A stretch of DNA of 58,106 bases, from positions 1 to 58,106 of the IMG/VR virus record IMGVR_UViG_3300035180_000411; one strand, given 5' to 3'. Below are positions 29,560 through 38,622 of this stretch, in pieces. Numbering within the stretch: the stretch's first letter is position 1; each line of letters begins with the position of its first letter. A program made the position numbers and the translations under genes. A model generated the notes under the pieces. That model was not told the origin of the DNA, ran no database searches, and saw only the letters and a program-made list of their open reading frames with translations. Source of the stretch: a virus (taxonomy: Duplodnaviria; Caudoviricetes).

Positions 29560-29937
29560 TTAAGAACGACGTACATTGATTGTTGCAACTCTACTCACAT
29601 TGACTCCCGGCGGAAGCTCTCCTGTGGCTTCCAGGTACGCATCTACCGCGGATTTATTTACACTGCTCGGGAGAAACTCAGGGTGCTCAATAGCCCAGGG
29701 CATGTAGCTATCCCGATCCGCCACTGTAGCCGAAATTTTAACGCTCTTAAATGCCGTGCCCGCATCGGTTCTCGCGGACTCTACGCCTGTTTCGTTAAAG
29801 TACGCCATCAGTTTGGCTTCAATCTTCTCCTGAAAACCCTTGTCCTTCGCATCGTCCAGCTCGTACTCAGCCTTGCGTTTGGACCTGCGATCTCTCAGCT
29901 TGATGTACAAGCTGACCAACTCGTCTATTTGAATCAT
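29560..29937 (-). CDS. Conserved-looking phage replication-module protein
   Basis: Coiled coil, RTDAGT, ELPPGV...INVRR; AAGGAGG SD. Confidence 0.65.
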   Translation of the reverse strand: MIQIDELVSLYIKLRDRRSKRKAEYELDDAKDKGFQEKIEAKLMAYFNETGVESARTDAGTAFKSVKISATVADRDSYMPWAIEHPEFLPSSVNKSAVDAYLEATGELPPGVNVSRVATINVRRS

Positions 29938-29960
29938 CGTTTACCTCCTTGAAAACATAA

Positions 29961-29991
29961 GCCAGTATACACTTACTGGCGAAACAGTCAA
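29961..29991 (-). promoter_or_regulatory. Sigma70-type promoter with overlapping inverted repeat
   Basis: Minus strand TTGACT-16nt-TATACT; gccagta-N6-tactggc at 29961-29980 covers the -10. Confidence 0.6.
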
Positions 29992-29996
29992 CACGT

Positions 29997-31544
29997 TTAC
30001 ACTTTCTCCTTAAAAGTTTCCAGCAACAGACCCTGCATCTTCCCTTTATTCCTTAGCCGATCATAAATTCTCTGTTCGATAGGGCTCCCTTCAATATGGA
30101 TAATTAGCTGCTTGTTCTTCTGCCCCGGTCGTGTGATACGCGCGTTCGCCTGTTCGTATGTTTCATTGCTATTGACAGGCGCGAACCAGATAATCGTATT
30201 CGCCGCGGTGAGCGTAAGGCCATGCGACATCGCAGCAGGTTGCGCAACGAGCACGCGGGGTTCCGAGGTATTCTGAAAGGCACCAAGTATGCGGTCACGC
30301 TCCGCTTTGCTGACACTTCCGTCTATGACCTCTACTGATGCGTGTTTGCTGAGATACGCTTCTACCGCCCGTAGCACTGCCGTAAAGGGAACGAACACGA
30401 TAACCTTGGCCGGGGCTTCCTCGATGATCTCAAGGGTTGCCGCCAGACGTTCGTGCGCGGGGACCGCTACCGCGTTGCCGTCATTATCCAGGCAAACTCC
30501 TGCCGCGATCTGAACCAACTTCATCGCCTTGACCGCCTCGTTAACCGCCGTGATCTGGTTACCGTTCATTTCGGTGTGGAGTCTAGCCAGCATTTCCTTG
30601 TACATCCGAGTCTGGTCCGGCGTCATCTTTGCGGTACGTGTTTCGTACACACATTCCGGCAGGTCGATACACTCATCCCGCTTATAACGTATCGCTGGCT
30701 GCATGGCGTCGTGCACGATATCCAGCGCGTTTGGCCTGGCTACCCACTTGAAGTTGCTGACCTGCTTCATCACCGAGTCTCTAAACTTACCATAGTAAGG
30801 GGGCACGTTTTCTGGTACGACCAAGCGACACTGCGCCCATGCGTCAGTCGGTTCGTTTGGCGTCGGCGTACCTGTCAGGCCCCACACCCACAGCTTATCC
30901 TTGATAATCGCTTTGAGCGCTTTCCATCGGTCGGTGCTGGCGTTGCGTGCGGCTTGGGCTATCTCGTCGATAACCACTATGTCAATGTCAGCGCGCGCAG
31001 CGATTTGCTTGGCAAGTATCTTGGCCCCGTCGTGGTTGATGAGGTAAACATCTACGTCTTCCTGCAGTAACTTCTCTCGTCGATCTCGCGTTCCATGCAG
31101 CACCGCGAAGGTCAAGTGCGGGAAGTTCCTGAAAAGCTCATCTCCCCAAGTACGCTCCAGTGTCGAAAGCGGAGTGACCACGAGCAGTTTATGTACAACC
31201 CCTTCCTGCCGTAGGTAGTCGTAAGCCCACAGCGTAGCTATGGTTTTGCCCACGCCCATGTCCCCTAAATTGAAGCACCTATGGTGCATGGTCATGAACT
31301 CTGACATTACGCGCTGATGCTCGAATGGCTCAAACATGCCCGACCATTCATAGTACGAACTTATCGGCGGAGGAACTTCGATCCCAAGGTTCTTGAGTAT
31401 CTTTACTTCGTCTATCCGGTGGGGGACTGCTACGAGGGCACGGCCTTTGTGCTGGAACTTCTTCGCTGTAGGAATCAGCGTTGTAACGCGGTCAGGGTAT
31501 TTAAGGTTTAGAACTACCGCTCTGTGCTTCTTGTTGACTAGCAT
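29997..31544 (-). CDS. SNF2-family (SF2) helicase
   Basis: DMGVGKT, VIDE, LTGTP, HGLTLTAA and QANARITRPGQ motifs. Confidence 0.9.
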   Translation of the reverse strand: MLVNKKHRAVVLNLKYPDRVTTLIPTAKKFQHKGRALVAVPHRIDEVKILKNLGIEVPPPISSYYEWSGMFEPFEHQRVMSEFMTMHHRCFNLGDMGVGKTIATLWAYDYLRQEGVVHKLLVVTPLSTLERTWGDELFRNFPHLTFAVLHGTRDRREKLLQEDVDVYLINHDGAKILAKQIAARADIDIVVIDEIAQAARNASTDRWKALKAIIKDKLWVWGLTGTPTPNEPTDAWAQCRLVVPENVPPYYGKFRDSVMKQVSNFKWVARPNALDIVHDAMQPAIRYKRDECIDLPECVYETRTAKMTPDQTRMYKEMLARLHTEMNGNQITAVNEAVKAMKLVQIAAGVCLDNDGNAVAVPAHERLAATLEIIEEAPAKVIVFVPFTAVLRAVEAYLSKHASVEVIDGSVSKAERDRILGAFQNTSEPRVLVAQPAAMSHGLTLTAANTIIWFAPVNSNETYEQANARITRPGQKNKQLIIHIEGSPIEQRIYDRLRNKGKMQGLLLETFKEKV

Positions 31545-31788
31545 GCTCCATCTCCATTTTCTCCAGACGCTTAAGCTCTGCCTGGGCGTAAAAGATGATC
31601 TTTTTAATGTCGCGTTTCATCGGACTGTGCGCGACCAGCCCGTAACGATAGCACGCCCGGAAGATTTCCCCGATCTGCGCATTCATGTTTCGGTGCGAGA
31701 TCAGGTCTTGCAGCTCCGTCGCTCCCCCCGGTAGTTCGTAGTAGCTCGCTGTGGAGCCGTCGCTTTGGGTACTTCCGGAATATGACAT
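31501..31788 (-). CDS. DUF3310-like phage protein
   Basis: SYY..ELQDLI...GEIFRACYRYG...DIKKIIFY pattern. Confidence 0.55.
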   Translation of the reverse strand: MSYSGSTQSDGSTASYYELPGGATELQDLISHRNMNAQIGEIFRACYRYGLVAHSPMKRDIKKIIFYAQAELKRLEKMEMEHASQQEAQSGSSKP

Positions 31789-31797
31789 CCCTGTCTC

Positions 31798-32073
31798 CTA
31801 TTTAACATTTGGCACTTTATACCCGCTTTCGCCCTTGCGCCATCCACGGTTGGCCTTTATCGAACCTACCTTGGTATTAGAGTCGCTGGTTGATCCGCCG
31901 TTGGCGAGTGCTACTTTGTGCACCACGTCTTTTTTATCTCCGATGGCGACTTTTCCCTCCGCGATGTCGTGCCTACGGGCACGGCGCCGTGCTACACCTT
32001 TGGCTGCTTCTTCCGGTTTGGCGTTATAGGCGGCTTGATACGCCAACTTCTTTGGTGTCGATTTAGGCATCAC
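31798..32073 (-). CDS. Small HNH-like protein (divergent)
   Basis: KDVVHKVALANGGS...N.KV....NR resembles the HNH beta-beta-alpha motif. Confidence 0.55.
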   Translation of the reverse strand: MMPKSTPKKLAYQAAYNAKPEEAAKGVARRRARRHDIAEGKVAIGDKKDVVHKVALANGGSTSDSNTKVGSIKANRGWRKGESGYKVPNVK

Positions 32074-32362
32074 GTACTCCTTCTAACCATTTATCTAACT
32101 CATCCGTTCCGGTCACTTCATTGACCACGAACACCTTTGCTCCTGCGTCCTGCATTTCACGGATTGTATTTTCTTGGCGCTCCGTGGGGCGCTTGTTGCC
32201 TGCTTTTGTTTCAATAGCGTAGAACCTGCCACGGTGGCACCCGACAAAATCCAGAGAGGGGGCGCCCATCCCGTTCTGTACCGGGCAGTGCCAGTAGGCT
32301 TTATGCTTCTTTAAGACCTTGCGGACTTGGTCTTTTACTGCGGCTTCTGGTGTTCTTGCCAT
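32063..32362 (-). CDS. VRR-NUC domain nuclease (resolvase-like)
   Basis: TPEAAVK, LDFVGC..GRFYAIETKA...PTERQ. Confidence 0.85.
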   Translation of the reverse strand: MARTPEAAVKDQVRKVLKKHKAYWHCPVQNGMGAPSLDFVGCHRGRFYAIETKAGNKRPTERQENTIREMQDAGAKVFVVNEVTGTDELDKWLEGVRDA

Positions 32363-32371
32363 TATAATGTT

Positions 32372-34036
32372 TCACCTATAAGTTCCATTTTGACCCTTCC
32401 AAAATGTGCAATTAGCTTTACCCACCGGGCACCAGCCACAAAGCCCCGACGGCTTGACCTCCCATTTATCGTTCTCGTATGCAATCTCCAGCCGTCTAAC
32501 GCGCGGTAAGAAACCCTGCCAGATGTTACTTACATCTGCCCGCGTAAACTTTTCCTTCGTGATTTTGTTATGCGCCAGCCAGACAAAAGCAGTGCTCACT
32601 TTATCAATTTTCGGCTCGGTGTGAAACACGAATGCAGCGAATAATTTGAGTTGGTCTGAGTCCGCCTTGGGGCGACCCGTATTGTGCGTTGGAATCATAC
32701 GCTCAGTACACAAGAATGTGTGGTCTTTCGAGTCTACTGAGATGCACTGAGTTGGCACCGACGGGATTTCCGCTACTGACACCACGCGCCTGCGCCATGA
32801 CTCTCCTCGGCCCCACTGCGTCGAAACTCTGTCGGCTTTGCGCGGGAGCAGGAAGGGGTTTATTCCGTTTGGTCTAAATGAAATGGGGTACGCAGTAACT
32901 TCCAGACCGAACCCGTGAGCGAGAACTGAGCTTTGCAGCGGACGCTGCCCCAGCGAGCAGAGTAGCTCCATGACAGAATCAGAAAGACCTTTATCCGTCG
33001 TTGTAAATATAGCCTGTTTCCGTACTGAATTTACATTCCCGTCGCCGTCCATAAGCCCTCTCAGCAGGTCAAGTCGCTGCGCATACCCCGCCCTAAGATA
33101 CACTGCGGGTATGTGTTTGTTTTTAAGGAGCCCTGTTTCTCGGAGCAGGGTACGCAAACCCAAAACAGTGTGCACCCTACACTTACCACCTTGCGCCTTG
33201 GCGCTGTAGTCGTGGCTTATATTGAAGCCGCGTCGTTTAATCTCCTCCCACACAAACTCATCGGGTTTAGTAATTTCGGCGCTTGAGTGTTTTCCGTCAG
33301 CCAACCACACACCTAGCACGTAGGGGTCTATAGGTAAAACAGCGTCCGAAAGGCTGAGTGGAGCGGCAACAAGTAATTGTGAGCTATTAACAGGCCCTGT
33401 TCCAATTACGTACCTATTGCCTTGGGTGTCTAGCTCCTTTACGTTAACCACACTTCCGTCGTGGAGCTTCCATAAGTGGTTTTCGTCACAGACCACCGAT
33501 GAGGTGTCGTCAAATGTAATTTTGTAACACTTTATGTTCTTTACTTGTGACTTACCTACTACAGTACACATCTCACCCGATTCTGAAAATAGTGTGTCGC
33601 CAACCCTTACATCTCCCATAGTAGTAAAGCCTTCAGGTGTCGGGAGCTTAGTATCCAGCGCAAGACCTTTCCAGTCTATGAGTACCGCGCGGTCTCCCAA
33701 TAATACACCAGCGTCTACAATACCGCGAACCCATGCATCCGGCGACCGCCACTCAGTCGGCCTGAAATCTGCAGTTAGTGCGTACTGGCGCTCAGTAAAT
33801 ACCTCTCCGCCGTATGACTGGATGCGGTCGCACAGTGGCTGCCACTTCTGCATGGATTCCGGGACTGGCGTTCCGTCCTTGACGCGGTTCTCTAGGGCGG
33901 TATGCACCTCCGTCCCCCACTTGGTAGCCTCGGTGCCGGGTTCCGCGACTTGCTTGGACACCCTTGTGAGGTAGTATCTACGGGGGCAGTTTTCAAAAGC
34001 GGTGAGCGACGAGTAAGACCACGGCGGGATGTTCAA
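32372..34036 (-). CDS. Cas4-like PD-(D/E)XK exonuclease containing an intein
   Basis: WSYSSL..FExCP, GxxVH, RGIVD, IDWK|TG, QLKLFA, LCGWCP; 329-aa insert between K123 and T. Confidence 0.9.
   Translation of the reverse strand: MNIPPWSYSSLTAFENCPRRYYLTRVSKQVAEPGTEATKWGTEVHTALENRVKDGTPVPESMQKWQPLCDRIQSYGGEVFTERQYALTADFRPTEWRSPDAWVRGIVDAGVLLGDRAVLIDWKGLALDTKLPTPEGFTTMGDVRVGDTLFSESGEMCTVVGKSQVKNIKCYKITFDDTSSVVCDENHLWKLHDGSVVNVKELDTQGNRYVIGTGPVNSSQLLVAAPLSLSDAVLPIDPYVLGVWLADGKHSSAEITKPDEFVWEEIKRRGFNISHDYSAKAQGGKCRVHTVLGLRTLLRETGLLKNKHIPAVYLRAGYAQRLDLLRGLMDGDGNVNSVRKQAIFTTTDKGLSDSVMELLCSLGQRPLQSSVLAHGFGLEVTAYPISFRPNGINPFLLPRKADRVSTQWGRGESWRRRVVSVAEIPSVPTQCISVDSKDHTFLCTERMIPTHNTGRPKADSDQLKLFAAFVFHTEPKIDKVSTAFVWLAHNKITKEKFTRADVSNIWQGFLPRVRRLEIAYENDKWEVKPSGLCGWCPVGKANCTFWKGQNGTYR
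32681..33667 (-). mobile_element. Intein (class-3 signature) with LAGLIDADG homing endonuclease
   Basis: Starts GLALDTKLPTPEGFTTMGDV, block B CDENHLW, block F TQCISVD, ends IPTHN/T; endonuclease motifs PYVLGVWLADG and LLRGLMDGDG. Confidence 0.92.
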
Positions 34037-34350
34037 GCGGATGCCTCCTTTAGACGTTTGCGATATTGCGCCATATATTTCCGCATGTAAAGGGCTTTAC
34101 TCTTTCTACGTTGCTCGGCGGCTGCCTTGGCATGCTCTTCCTTACGCCGTTTTTCAATTGCTGGGCGTTGCTCTACCCGCAGAATGTCTAACTGCTTTTT
34201 GAACTTAAGCCACTGCGCCAAGTCCATTTCCAGGAAGCACTCCATAGGAGGCTCGCCCTGGTTGTTGTAGTAACTTTCAGCCCGCTTCTTGAACGCTATC
34301 CAGTGCGGGTCGTCCAAGAGCAGCAGTTCCATACGTTCATCTTTGTTCAT
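34033..34350 (-). CDS. Hypothetical protein with basic C-terminus
   Basis: ATG at 34350 after AGGAG; coupled to the nuclease gene. Confidence 0.6.
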   Translation of the reverse strand: MNKDERMELLLLDDPHWIAFKKRAESYYNNQGEPPMECFLEMDLAQWLKFKKQLDILRVEQRPAIEKRRKEEHAKAAAEQRRKSKALYMRKYMAQYRKRLKEASA

Positions 34351-34360
34351 AGTTTTTCTC

Positions 34361-36253
34361 CTAGTGTGCTTCGCCGTAAGCGCCACCTATAGCGCCTTCG
34401 CTCCAAGTAACTAGCTCAGGCCACCATTTGGGTGGTGTACGCATTGTTGTTTGCATAAAATCCAGTGCATCCTGCGCTTCGCTCTCTGGTACAACCAGAA
34501 TAATTTCATCATGTACCATATGCGCGATGGGGTAGCGCTTCTGTATGACTAACGCATTATCCGCGATAATCTCGCGTGCTAAATGCTGTACGCAGTTTTC
34601 ATCAATTTTCCCGGCGTATATACGCGCCTTGTGACGACCTTGCCCGTACCACCATTCCTGATTGCCATTTTCGTCTGTTTCCTGTCGCAGATCAGGGTAG
34701 CGGATCATGCCCTGCGGAGTTTTTATTCCGCCCTTGACTGCTTGGCACAGTCCCCACGGGTCGATATCTACGGGTTCGTCATCGAGCATCATATAGTCTA
34801 ACATTGAGTGGCATGTACGCCACCCACGAGCTATTTGTGGGTACTCCCCGCGCCACTTGGCTACTACGTTTTCGGACTCGTCCTCGGTTAGCGATACGCC
34901 ACCCATCAGCTTGGCCACCTTCCGGAAGGTGGTAGCCCCGGCCCCGAACCCTAGTCCCAAGTGCGCGACCTTGCCTACTTGGCGCTGGGCCTTGCTCACT
35001 TCATCCTCGGTTATGTCATATAAGGACGCCGCGAAGTTTCTATATAGGTCGGCCTTGTCTGGGCTTGCCCGGTACAGCGCCATGCTGCTCGGCACCTTCC
35101 ACAGAAAGTGGTTAACCCTCAGCTCGATACCACTCAGGTCGGCGACGACTACCTTGTAGCCTTTGGGCGCCCGCATGCACATACGCAGCGCGTCACTGAG
35201 TTTAGGCTTGCCCGGCGTAATACGCGGTAAATTCTGCGGATTATATGCCCACCCGCTCCACCGCTTCGTAGTGTCTGCGCCAGCATATTTCAACGGGATT
35301 GGGAGTTTACCATCCACCGCATCAGACGCCTTGATAAACGCCTCAATTCGCGTCTCCAGGATAGTGGACTTAACCCCCAGGCGAGCAGTAGCGGCAGCAG
35401 CAACAATAGTGTCGTCATGCTCCTGAAGATCGAGAAATGATTGATCTGTCTTTGCCAGTGCATAGGTTTGCTTCTCCGGGTTTGAAGGGGACGGCTTCAT
35501 CGGCGGCTCAATACCGCGCTCGACTAGAAACGATGCAAACTTGGGACCGGACGCCAACATCGACTGCAGTACATCTATAGAATCGGCGCCCATAAGCTCG
35601 GCTAAGTCGGCCAATGATTGTTCTTTGCGTAGCTTCTCCGCATTTAGCGTTGCCGCCAGTAAATCGCGGTCAACCTCAAACTGGGGTGACACAAGCATAC
35701 GGATGGTCATGTCGATCAGTTTAAGTTCCCGCACCGAAGTCTGCGCATATAGCTTTCGAAATAAAGCGGCGCACTGCACTACATCAGCTTTGTTGTATAC
35801 CCCCATTTCCTTTATTTCATCGGGAGTGAAGTCGCGCAAGTGCCGCCCCCTTGTATTATGTAGTGCGGTTGCGTCCTTTACCCCAAGGCCGTAGTGCTCT
35901 ACCAGCTTTGCGAGCGAAAGTCCTGTCGTCTTGGCATGTATCGGTCTCGCCATTGCCAGCGTGCACCCCCACATAGCAGGCTCGATACCCAACCGCCACG
36001 CGGCGATCATTGAGTCAAATCCCTCGTTGTTGTGCGCGATGACGTATTTATCAGACCAATCCACGCTGTTGGCCCAGGCTTTTATCTTGTCCTCCCCAAA
36101 TATAACGTGCACCGCATCATCATTGAAACGGTACGCCAGGCTAATAATTTCGGTTTCTGGGTGCATGACATATGCCATCGGCGACATCTTGGACAGGGTG
36201 TGCTCCTGTGACCAGAAAGTCTCGAAGTCGATATACGTTGGTACTAGCTTCAT
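34361..36253 (-). CDS. DNA polymerase, family A, with 3'-5' exonuclease domain
   Basis: Exo motifs DFET, AHNxxFD, YNxxD; NPQNLP; motif A DLSGIELR; motif B RQVGKVAHLGLGFG; motif C VHDE. Confidence 0.92.
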   Translation of the reverse strand: MKLVPTYIDFETFWSQEHTLSKMSPMAYVMHPETEIISLAYRFNDDAVHVIFGEDKIKAWANSVDWSDKYVIAHNNEGFDSMIAAWRLGIEPAMWGCTLAMARPIHAKTTGLSLAKLVEHYGLGVKDATALHNTRGRHLRDFTPDEIKEMGVYNKADVVQCAALFRKLYAQTSVRELKLIDMTIRMLVSPQFEVDRDLLAATLNAEKLRKEQSLADLAELMGADSIDVLQSMLASGPKFASFLVERGIEPPMKPSPSNPEKQTYALAKTDQSFLDLQEHDDTIVAAAATARLGVKSTILETRIEAFIKASDAVDGKLPIPLKYAGADTTKRWSGWAYNPQNLPRITPGKPKLSDALRMCMRAPKGYKVVVADLSGIELRVNHFLWKVPSSMALYRASPDKADLYRNFAASLYDITEDEVSKAQRQVGKVAHLGLGFGAGATTFRKVAKLMGGVSLTEDESENVVAKWRGEYPQIARGWRTCHSMLDYMMLDDEPVDIDPWGLCQAVKGGIKTPQGMIRYPDLRQETDENGNQEWWYGQGRHKARIYAGKIDENCVQHLAREIIADNALVIQKRYPIAHMVHDEIILVVPESEAQDALDFMQTTMRTPPKWWPELVTWSEGAIGGAYGEAH

Positions 36254-36447
36254 TTTATACGCTCCAAATACCACCTATGCTCGCTCTCGCATTCGGCGTC
36301 GCAGTAGAGCTTGGGTTTAGGTATTTTTGCCTCACAGTTGTAACAGCACCCCTTTGGTTCGCGGTGGGGTGTATGCGCGGCCCGAGTCAGACAATCACGC
36401 AGTTCCAGCTCGATTGCATCACCAGCTCTATCAGCGTCGTCGCTCAC
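36250..36447 (-). CDS. DksA/TraR-like C4 zinc-finger protein
   Basis: N-terminal DDADRA, then CYNC...YCDAEC. Confidence 0.65.
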   Translation of the reverse strand: MSDDADRAGDAIELELRDCLTRAAHTPHREPKGCCYNCEAKIPKPKLYCDAECESEHRWYLERIK

Positions 36448-36828
36448 TTACCAAGCTCCTTTATGGACCCGTACTTTACCTTGCGGTAATTTAACTTTGC
36501 TCGGCCAGAAATCTCCAAGGATAAACGGTAAGTTAGCGCTTGCTATTTCCCCTTCGCGGCGAGGTCCGTCATAATCGGGACGCGAGTACATAGGGATGAA
36601 ACCCCCGCGAGAGTTGCGGTTTGTCGATTTGCGCACTACCAGCAGTCCACGCTTGACCAGTGGTGACACCACATTAGCTACCCGTTGAACCCCCACCAGG
36701 TCTCCAATTTCACCCCCCGATACCTCGCCTTTTTCATCTACGAACGCCATGATCTTTTCTGTGCGTTTCAGCGCGGCTTCTTCGTTAGCCCGCTTCATCG
36801 CGCGGGTTGCTTCTGTTGGTGCTCCCAT
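36448..36828 (-). CDS. Probable winged-helix DNA-binding protein
   Basis: VSGGEIGDLVG...VVSPLVKRGLL; GGGAGG SD before ATG 36828. Confidence 0.55.
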   Translation of the reverse strand: MGAPTEATRAMKRANEEAALKRTEKIMAFVDEKGEVSGGEIGDLVGVQRVANVVSPLVKRGLLVVRKSTNRNSRGGFIPMYSRPDYDGPRREGEIASANLPFILGDFWPSKVKLPQGKVRVHKGAW

Positions 36829-36938
36829 GACGACCTCCCAAGTGTTAGTTCCCCGTCTTTCCGGGGTGTCACCGGCTGGGGCGTCCAACCTCTGATCCCG
36901 TCTCCTGTATTATGGTACGGTTAATCAACGCCGGATAT

Positions 36939-37376
36939 TCAGTAAAAATCAACTTCAACGCCGCTTTCATTAAACATGGTGGCGGCTACTTCGAAACTGT
37001 CGGCCCACCGACCGTCTATCTCGGGTAAAGGGGCGATAACTTTAGTAATTCCTGCCTGGATGATTAGTTTAGCGCATTCCGCGCATGGATGGAGCGCACT
37101 GACAATAAGTGTCCCACCTGCAACGGATATTCCTGAGCGTGCGGCAGTTGCTATCGCATTGGCTTCAGCGTGAATGACATACTTCAGCTTTGTAGCTCTG
37201 TCGTTCAGTCTTGCATCGGTATCCTCCACCCCAACGGGGAATCCATTATACCCGATGCTCAAGATACGATTCGCTTCGTTGACAATACAGCACCCGACCC
37301 TGGTACTTGGGTCTTTTGACCATGACCCTACCAAATGTGCCAAGTCCACAAATTTTGATTGCCACGATGGTTTCAT
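36939..37376 (-). CDS. dCMP deaminase
   Basis: SKDPSTRVG, GYNG, HAEANA and PCAECAK zinc motifs. Confidence 0.92.
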   Translation of the reverse strand: MKPSWQSKFVDLAHLVGSWSKDPSTRVGCCIVNEANRILSIGYNGFPVGVEDTDARLNDRATKLKYVIHAEANAIATAARSGISVAGGTLIVSALHPCAECAKLIIQAGITKVIAPLPEIDGRWADSFEVAATMFNESGVEVDFY

Positions 37377-37468
37377 TTGTGCGTTCCTGTGCTAATGAAC
37401 CAGCCTAGAAACAAGGCAACTGCTATCGACAAAAGAAACCAGAAAAGTAGTGCGAGCAGGAAGTCCAT
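37373..37468 (-). CDS. 31-aa single-TM peptide, not in the ORF track
   Basis: AAGGAG SD; MDFLLALLFWFLLSIAVALFLGWFISTGTHK; stop overlaps the next ATG. Confidence 0.55.
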   Translation of the reverse strand: MDFLLALLFWFLLSIAVALFLGWFISTGTHK

Positions 37469-37479
37469 TTCATTCTCCT

Positions 37480-37719
37480 TCATTGCTGCGGCAAATGACT
37501 AAACCAACGCTTAACAGCAGACTCAACGTCTTTTTTTGCTTCCGCCGATGTTGAGAATCTAGTACGTCCTGTAACTCCTGGAAGTTTGCATGCGGCTACG
37601 TATCTGAGCATATCGTCTTTGGGGCTAAGACCGTCATATTCTACGTAGCCGACAACCCACGGCCCAAGATACAGCGCTTCTCCACTCAAATATTGAGATG
37701 TGTCTTTTTTCCATTCCAT
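37480..37719 (-). CDS. Hypothetical protein
   Basis: GGAG SD; MEWKKD...AKKDVESAVKRWF. Confidence 0.6.
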   Translation of the reverse strand: MEWKKDTSQYLSGEALYLGPWVVGYVEYDGLSPKDDMLRYVAACKLPGVTGRTRFSTSAEAKKDVESAVKRWFSHLPQQ

Positions 37720-37739
37720 TTCATTCTCCTGCATATCTT

Positions 37740-37934
37740 TTACGCATCGTTGCCAATAGATTCCAGCATCCATTCAGCGAATGTTTTACTGGTTTTCGTA
37801 TTTAACCATTCGTCAAAGGCAGCAAATGCAGCGCTACCGTCTGCACATGCATCACAAATTTCGACGCCATGTGAAAGCGAAACGCCGTCATGCTCTTGAT
37901 ATTCACCAAAGCAGTGCGGACAAATTTTGTACAT
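37740..37934 (-). CDS. Small zinc-finger-like protein
   Basis: CPHC...CDAC; AAGGAG SD. Confidence 0.55.
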   Translation of the reverse strand: MYKICPHCFGEYQEHDGVSLSHGVEICDACADGSAAFAAFDEWLNTKTSKTFAEWMLESIGNDA

Positions 37935-37996
37935 ACGTTTCTCCTTAAAAAATCCGTCTGTCCCGTTGTCAGGTTACGCAGTCGTTGTATATCCAT

Positions 37997-38224
37997 TTAG
38001 TTCTCCTTGTGTAATTTCAACTTCAAGTTTCCTGATGAGGAGCCTCCGGTAACGGCATCTTTGTCGTCGCCCGTAATGGGGCGTTTGTTTAAGCAGGCTG
38101 CAAGTGCTTGTTCTGCAACATCTGCGCGGTGTACTGCAAGGGTCATCGCATGCTTATCTACCAAGATAACTAAATCCAGTATTATGCAGATTAGTAACAT
38201 CCAATCATTCTGATTTATTTTCAT
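37997..38224 (-). CDS. Small membrane protein (paralog of 38278-38511)
   Basis: NDW, TM segment, VDK...AVHRADVAEQALxACLNK. Confidence 0.6.
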   Translation of the reverse strand: MKINQNDWMLLICIILDLVILVDKHAMTLAVHRADVAEQALAACLNKRPITGDDKDAVTGGSSSGNLKLKLHKEN

Positions 38225-38277
38225 GAGGCCCCTCCGGTAACGGCATTCAGTGGGTACATAATTCCCACCTCCGATGG

Positions 38278-38511
38278 TCACAATTTCGTTGTAATAGGTT
38301 CGCAGAATGTTACTGTCCTGTCGTCCCCCATGAGGGGGTGCTTGTTCAGGCAGGCTACCAGGGCTTGCTCGGCAACATCTGCGCGGTGAACTGCGCGAGC
38401 TGCTGTGTCAGCAGATGTGGCATATTTATCTACCAAGGCGACAATCTCCAGCGCTGAACATATCAGTGCCACCACAACTGCGCCGAGCAGCCAATCGTTC
38501 CAATTTTTCAT
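38278..38511 (-). CDS. Small membrane protein (paralog of 37997-38224)
   Basis: Same motif; AAGGAG SD. Confidence 0.6.
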   Translation of the reverse strand: MKNWNDWLLGAVVVALICSALEIVALVDKYATSADTAARAVHRADVAEQALVACLNKHPLMGDDRTVTFCEPITTKL

Positions 38512-38622
38512 GTAATGCTCCTTTGTTGTAGTTGTCGGTGGCCTTGGGGGAGTGAAGGATATCCAATCCACCGGCTGCCGGGTTTTAACCCACTGATCCG
38601 GCCTTGGGGTTATTCCGTTCCG

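Noticed and set aside
32372-34036. Cas4 as evidence of a CRISPR-Cas system
   Set aside because: It is a solo Cas4-like nuclease in a replication module; there are no other cas genes and no array.
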